A stretch of 41,144 nucleotides of DNA. Origin: Candidatus Micrarchaeota archaeon. GTDB lineage: Archaea; Micrarchaeota; Micrarchaeia; Norongarragalinales; Norongarragalinaceae. Positions 35,794-41,144 of the stretch are shown piece after piece (position 1 is the first letter of the stretch; the number at the start of each line of letters is the position of its first letter). A program made the translations under genes and the position numbers. Below the pieces are notes generated by a model. That model worked only from the letters and a program-made list of their open reading frames with translations, ran no database searches and had not been told where the DNA came from. The stretch covers positions 1 through 41,144 of the forward strand of contig JACQQD010000002.1 in the NCBI GenBank assembly GCA_016207165.1, in the 5' to 3' direction.

Positions 35794-38700
35794 ATGCTCA
35801 GCAAGGCCCCACGGGCATTACCGGTTGCCCTCTTTTTGATCTTGTTTTCCGTTCAGGCCGCGGCGCTTTCGATTTCCAAAGAATCCTTTTCCGCGCAAGC
35901 CACCGCCACCCAGCCGGACTTGAAGCTGTTCGTCGCCAAAAACTTTTTCGACCAAAACGAGAGCATCGAGTTGTTCGGAACCCTTTTCAACGTGACGGCC
36001 ACGTCGGGCGTGGCCAGCACGTTCACGCCGTTGGCCAACCAAAACATCACGATCAACTTCACCAACAGTTCCGGCAACTTGACCAACCAATACAATTTCA
36101 CCACCGACGTGAACGGGTCGTTTTACTCCAACAGCTCGTTTTACCCCTCGGCCACGCTCGTGTACGCCCCCAACGTCTCGACAGTATACACGCTGAGAGC
36201 CGGATACCTGGAAAGCGGCGCGGTGTATTTCTCTTCCGTCTCCATCCAAGTCGGCAACGCCACCGTCCAGCACTTGCTGCTTCAGCCCAACAAAGCCGAA
36301 TACGCGCCCGGGGAAGCCATGAACGTGACGGCCACGGCACTGCGGGGAACCGGAACCCAGGCCGTCAAAGTCGCCAACGTGTTCGTCAACGGAACCGTGC
36401 GGTACTTGAACCAAACCATTCTCCAGAACTTTTCCTGCACCACGGGATCCGACGGCTCTTGCACGGCGAACATGACGGCGCCCGGCAGCGCGGCCCTTGA
36501 CACCTTCGTGCTGGAGGCCAACCACTTCCTGGGGTACTCGTTGTTTTACGTCACGTCGTTTTCCGTGATCGTTGAAGTCAGAGACCAGGAAGGAAAACAG
36601 ATCAAGGACGTGTTCGCGCAAACCGAAAGCGGCGTGGTGCGTGTCGGCATCCGGGTGAACAACACGGTGCCTTCGTCCGGCAACTACAACGCGACGGTGC
36701 AAATCACGCACTCCAACGGGACGCTGGTCCAAGCGCTCTCCAGCCTCACGTTCAACGCCAACAACACGTACACCAACCAAAGCACGTTCTCGGCATCCAC
36801 GTTGGGCGAGGGAACCTACGTCGTCAACGTCAGCGCCACGGACGCCGCCAACAACGTGCGCCGCGTCCAGCGGGCCTGGCTGCAAGTCAGGGCGTGGACG
36901 TTGGACTTCCAGAAATCCGTGGCGAACTCGGGATTCGAGTACGGCTACACCACGCTTCCCAACCGGACGCTGCGCTTTGAAGTACTGCCCCAATTCCGCG
37001 CCAACGGAACCATTATCACCGGCATCGCGTCCACGTTCCGCTACGACCTGAAAACCCCGCTGGGCGTCACCGTCCAGAACGCGTCGAGCGCCACCTACAA
37101 CGCGTCCTGCAACGTGTCGGGATGCTACGAGTTCAACCTCACGGCTCCGTCGGCCATCGGAACGTACTTGCTGAGCGTGACGATGACGTCGGGCGGCGTT
37201 TCCCGCACGCAAACAAAGACGTTGTTCGTCAACGGCTTGACTGGCACGGCCTCCACCGTGGACTCCGCCGGCCTCTCCAAAGCCGTGTTCGGGATCAACG
37301 AGTTTCTCAACATCAACTTCACCCTGAAAAACGCGACGGGCGTCGTCAACGTGACGAACGCCTCCGTCATTTCCGTGACGTACGAAAACGGCGTGGACTC
37401 CAACTACAGCCAGCAAACCAACCTCTCGCTGATGAATACCTCGGACGCCGTATTGCAGTGGGCCTGGAACGCGTCGTCCAACCGGCTGGTGCTGGACGTA
37501 CCCAAGCAAGGAGGGCTGTACTCGGTGGAAGCCTACATCAACAACCAAAGCGCGAAAACCAGCGTCCAGTTTTTCGCCAACCCGTATGACACGTGTTTCT
37601 CCGCGAAAGCCTCCGCCTCCGAATCGGCCTCCGACTACTTCTGGCAATTCCGGCCCTCGGACACAGTATACATGCAGATTACGGTCACGGAAGCCGAAAA
37701 CGCGGTGGGCGGAAACACGTCCAGCATCACCGCGGCCTTGAGCAATAACTACGGCCGAGGAAACTCGTGCTCGTTTAACAGCAACCAGAAACAAAGCGTG
37801 GTCAACGCCTCCATCAACATCACCCAGGCCCTCAACCTGGAAAAGGGAGCCGCGGAGTCTTTGAACCTCACGGCCTCCGGCTGCCAGAGCCTGTCCACCC
37901 AAGGCCACTACCTATGCACCCTGAAACCCAACGACACCGCATGGGACACGGGAAAGTACGCCGTGGAATTTTCGATTCGTTCCCAGGACGGCAACGTGTC
38001 CGACGTAGGCAACGCCTTTTTTGAAGCCCGCGAGTTCTACGTCTACGGCTACACCACCAACTGGATCAACAAGCCGGCCAGCAACATCACGCTGAACATC
38101 CAAGTCTACGAAGCCGGCTCCGGCTGGTGGACGTCTTCCACGGGACTGAGCGGAACCGCCTCCTTGCAGCGCGTGGAATACCACGGCAACATCGGGGAAT
38201 GGTTTTCCTCTTCCACGCCGTTTAACTACAACACCAGCGCACTCAACAGCAGCACGATTGCCAACGGAGCGGGGACGTTGACGCTCAACGCCAACGGCAC
38301 GCCGTCGGGCGCCTGGCCCGCGGGGTACTACACCGCTCGAATCCAAGTCACCACCGACGACGGACGCACCGACTACGGCGACGCCTGGTTTGAAGTGAGG
38401 AACTGGGACGCGTGGGCCCAGCAAGTCGACGTGGACACCGCCATCCAATACCGGTACTCCAACGCCCCCAACCAAACCGTCCAACTGTATCTGCGCATCA
38501 CCAACGCCGGCGAATACTCGGACAACGGAGGCAATTCGCTGGGGGGCAACGTGACGGTCCGCGTCAAAAGCATTGACCAGTGGACGTCCAACGGACGCAT
38601 CGAGTTGCCGCGATCCCAGTACACGGCCAACCCCATCACCGTCAACCAATCCAGCCCTTACCCAGGAAGCCTCACGTACACCACCCACATCCTCAACATC

Positions 38701-40347
38701 ACGCCCGCCACCCAATTTCCCACCGCGTCCTTTAACGTCGTCTTGGAACTGAACAGCACGCAAAACAACGTCAACTTGCGCCAACAAGGCTGGGGCTGGT
38801 TTACCATCAAGGCATTCCACGCCGAAGCCCAACCCGTGAACCTGACCACCGGCGCCTACCAGTACACGTCCCGCGGCAAAAGCGCGATGGGCTTCAACGT
38901 CACCACGGCCATGGACCAGCGAAACTCGTACCAAAGCGGACTGTCGTTGGCTTCCCTGATCAATACCACCATCGTTGACCTGCGATTGACGCAAGGCGTG
39001 TACGAAGCCGGGCAATACCGGTCGTCCACCCTGAGCTACCCGCAAAACATCAACTTCTCTCCCACCTACGTCAACGGCAGCACGAAAATCAACGTATCCA
39101 AAAACGTGGGCAACTGGTCAGCCGGATGGTACTGGGGCGAAATGACGTTGCAGGACAGCGCCGGCGCCCGCCAAAACGCGTACCTGTGGTTCAGCGTCGA
39201 ACCCTTCATCATCCAATTGTCGTACCCCAACAACCGCATCGGCCGCTCGGACAACCTGACAGGCACCATCGCGATTACCGATCCAGGCAACGGCGCCAAC
39301 ATGAACACGTCCACCTCCAACTACACCATCACGCAAATCCGGGAAGTCCGCTGGACCAACGCCGGACAGACCACCCGAAACGCCGTCATTTACGGAAACC
39401 AGAGCTGGAACGGGTCGCTGGCCAACTTCACGTTTCAACCACCGGCGGCCACCGGAAAATGGCAGCCCAGCGACTGGGGCTGGGCCAACGTGGAAGTCGT
39501 CGTCCGAGACGAATCCGACAACTCCACCCGCACCCAGTGGATGGGATTCCAAGTCCTCTCTTTTGACCCCCAAATCACGCGAACCAGCAACCAAAACATC
39601 GCCGCCAACGCTAACGTCACCCTCAGCGTGCTCATGCGTCAACCCAACGGCTCCGGACACGCCGCCGGAAACCTCACCCAAATCCGGTACTACGACTACT
39701 CCACCTACCAATCCAAAATCGCCTCGTTCGTCGTGAACGGCTCGTGCGCGTCATGGAACTCCACCGGCGGCTGCATGCTGAATTCGACGTACCAGTACCC
39801 CAACGGAACCCAAATCGCGCAAACCCTGCCCGTGACCGTCGTGCCCCAAAGCGGTTCTTGGCCGGAGGGTTACAACTACCTGGAATTTGACTTCACGGAC
39901 ACCAGCGACGCCAGCGTACTGGTTCGGCCCAGCAACAACGTGTACTTCAACGTCGTTCCGCCGGTCCGCGCCAGTTACTACTTCGTGAACACCTCCACCA
40001 TGCAAAGCCAATACCAATTCGCTCGAACCGACGCCATGGGCGTGAACATGTACAGCTTCACCGACATCAACGGCAACGCGCTGCAAGTCAACGTGACCAA
40101 CGTCGAATACTACGCCGGCAGCGAATGGCGCGAAGCCCTGCGCCAATACACGTCCGTTCCCTCGTTTACCGTGGTCGGAAACTTATCCAAGCAAATCGGT
40201 TCCGGTTCTTCCGGCGTCATCAGCATTCCCGCGCCGTCCGGAGGCTGGCCATCCGGCAGCGTCCAACTCCGAGTCAGCCTGGTCAAGACCGGCAACACCA
40301 CCGTCTCGGGAGTCATCAAAGGCATGTCCGTCTGGGTGACGTCATGA
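35794..40347 (+). CDS. Giant secreted surface glycoprotein of tandem Ig/MG2-like beta-sandwich domains
   Basis: Signal peptide ending VQAAA; recurring motifs such as KAEYAPGE..V and G.Y...(W/F)F.V..F at roughly 100-130 aa intervals; very dense N-x-S/T sequons. Confidence 0.85.
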   Translation: MLSKAPRALPVALFLILFSVQAAALSISKESFSAQATATQPDLKLFVAKNFFDQNESIELFGTLFNVTATSGVASTFTPLANQNITINFTNSSGNLTNQYNFTTDVNGSFYSNSSFYPSATLVYAPNVSTVYTLRAGYLESGAVYFSSVSIQVGNATVQHLLLQPNKAEYAPGEAMNVTATALRGTGTQAVKVANVFVNGTVRYLNQTILQNFSCTTGSDGSCTANMTAPGSAALDTFVLEANHFLGYSLFYVTSFSVIVEVRDQEGKQIKDVFAQTESGVVRVGIRVNNTVPSSGNYNATVQITHSNGTLVQALSSLTFNANNTYTNQSTFSASTLGEGTYVVNVSATDAANNVRRVQRAWLQVRAWTLDFQKSVANSGFEYGYTTLPNRTLRFEVLPQFRANGTIITGIASTFRYDLKTPLGVTVQNASSATYNASCNVSGCYEFNLTAPSAIGTYLLSVTMTSGGVSRTQTKTLFVNGLTGTASTVDSAGLSKAVFGINEFLNINFTLKNATGVVNVTNASVISVTYENGVDSNYSQQTNLSLMNTSDAVLQWAWNASSNRLVLDVPKQGGLYSVEAYINNQSAKTSVQFFANPYDTCFSAKASASESASDYFWQFRPSDTVYMQITVTEAENAVGGNTSSITAALSNNYGRGNSCSFNSNQKQSVVNASINITQALNLEKGAAESLNLTASGCQSLSTQGHYLCTLKPNDTAWDTGKYAVEFSIRSQDGNVSDVGNAFFEAREFYVYGYTTNWINKPASNITLNIQVYEAGSGWWTSSTGLSGTASLQRVEYHGNIGEWFSSSTPFNYNTSALNSSTIANGAGTLTLNANGTPSGAWPAGYYTARIQVTTDDGRTDYGDAWFEVRNWDAWAQQVDVDTAIQYRYSNAPNQTVQLYLRITNAGEYSDNGGNSLGGNVTVRVKSIDQWTSNGRIELPRSQYTANPITVNQSSPYPGSLTYTTHILNITPATQFPTASFNVVLELNSTQNNVNLRQQGWGWFTIKAFHAEAQPVNLTTGAYQYTSRGKSAMGFNVTTAMDQRNSYQSGLSLASLINTTIVDLRLTQGVYEAGQYRSSTLSYPQNINFSPTYVNGSTKINVSKNVGNWSAGWYWGEMTLQDSAGARQNAYLWFSVEPFIIQLSYPNNRIGRSDNLTGTIAITDPGNGANMNTSTSNYTITQIREVRWTNAGQTTRNAVIYGNQSWNGSLANFTFQPPAATGKWQPSDWGWANVEVVVRDESDNSTRTQWMGFQVLSFDPQITRTSNQNIAANANVTLSVLMRQPNGSGHAAGNLTQIRYYDYSTYQSKIASFVVNGSCASWNSTGGCMLNSTYQYPNGTQIAQTLPVTVVPQSGSWPEGYNYLEFDFTDTSDASVLVRPSNNVYFNVVPPVRASYYFVNTSTMQSQYQFARTDAMGVNMYSFTDINGNALQVNVTNVEYYAGSEWREALRQYTSVPSFTVVGNLSKQIGSGSSGVISIPAPSGGWPSGSVQLRVSLVKTGNTTVSGVIKGMSVWVTS

Positions 40348-41144
40348 AACACGTCCTGCTGGTGCTCCTACTTTCCGGCCTGGCCTCCGCTGTTCTCAGC
40401 GTACAGGATTTCACGTGCAACGGCGGACTTTTGAACATTGAAACCAACGTGCCGTTTAACTGCGTCGCCGTCATCTTCAACGACGACCTAAACTCCAACG
40501 CGGCTTTGAACACCGTCACGTTGACGTCGCTTAACGGCTGGACGTCCGCCAGCTCGTACGCCGGCTCGTTTTCCGGAAACTCCGTTCCCCGCGGATCATC
40601 GGTGTCCGTCACTTTTTCCAGCATCATCGCCGTCTCCCCCGGCACCTCCAAGACGTTTAGCGACCTGCAAATCAACGGCGGCTCCGGCAACGCCGCCGAA
40701 CTGGCGGACGCCGCCATGAACGTGGTGGCCATCAAGTCCGCCACCCTCACGCCTTCGGCGACCACGGTTGCCTACGGAAACGAATTCGACGCCACCATCT
40801 CGTTTGACTTGGGCGGACAAGCCAACGTCACCGCCGACTTGGAGCTAAGCGGCTGCAGCCTCAGCGCGGGCCAAGCCGCCACCAAAACCCTGGGAACCGT
40901 GTCAGACACCACGCAATCCACGTCCTGGAAAGTCACGCAAGGCTCCGGCGCCGGAGCCTCCTGCCAAATCACCGTGGAAGTGCAAGCCAATGCCGACCCC
41001 CTGCTTTTGACGTCTACCAAAACGGCGACGGTCTCCGGATCCGGAACCGCGCCAAGCACGCCCGTCTCAAACCCGTCCACGCCCAGCACTCCGGTGGCCG
41101 GCGCACCCGGAGGCGGAAGCGCGGGAGGAGGCGGAGGGGGAGGA
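40344..41144 (+). CDS. Secreted Ser/Thr-rich surface protein; runs off the right edge
   Basis: Absent from the ORF track because there is no stop in the window. ATGA overlap at 40344; MKHVLLVLLLSGLASAVLSVQDFTC... stays open to the window end, finishing in a poly-Gly linker. Confidence 0.85.
   Translation, partial: MKHVLLVLLLSGLASAVLSVQDFTCNGGLLNIETNVPFNCVAVIFNDDLNSNAALNTVTLTSLNGWTSASSYAGSFSGNSVPRGSSVSVTFSSIIAVSPGTSKTFSDLQINGGSGNAAELADAAMNVVAIKSATLTPSATTVAYGNEFDATISFDLGGQANVTADLELSGCSLSAGQAATKTLGTVSDTTQSTSWKVTQGSGAGASCQITVEVQANADPLLLTSTKTATVSGSGTAPSTPVSNPSTPSTPVAGAPGGGSAGGGGGGG

Noticed and set aside
35818-39045. Long minus-strand ORFs (696 and 377 aa), and similar ones at 10044-11204, 20119-21330, 29742-30707 and 31301-32311
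   Set aside because: Antisense shadows of real genes with biased codon usage; no recognisable motifs.

Overview
This 41 kb window is archaeal chromosome, most consistent with a DPANN lineage (Micrarchaeota-like; inferred from gene content and TATA boxes about 25 bp upstream of near-leaderless starts). Housekeeping and transport genes include MscS, Na+/Ca2+ and Na+/H+ antiporters, an NSS symporter, glyS, a purine PRTase, archease, NAC, prefoldin beta, Brix and a HAD hydrolase. These alternate with very large secreted, Cys-rich or glycosylated proteins. Main observations: (1) a coupled minus-strand operon encoding a class III (pilin-type) signal peptide protein with two knottin-like modules, then a beta-propeller protein, then a secreted 1256-aa protein ending in a low-GC protein-kinase-like domain, with a partly paralogous locus at 6.5-12.6 kb; this looks like a modular host- or competitor-directed effector system (inference). 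(2) Two copies of a 95-bp twin-hairpin element with three compensatory base-pair changes, each just upstream of a secreted-protein gene. (3) An AT-rich AAA+/DUF4143 ATPase gene flanked by decayed copies of the glyS 3' end. (4) Interlocking inverted repeats reaching the start codon of the surface-protein locus. (5) A frameshifted nucleotidyltransferase and a nonsense-interrupted csaA close together. No rRNA, tRNA, CRISPR array, integrase or reverse transcriptase was recognised. All family calls come from motif recognition by eye, not database searches.
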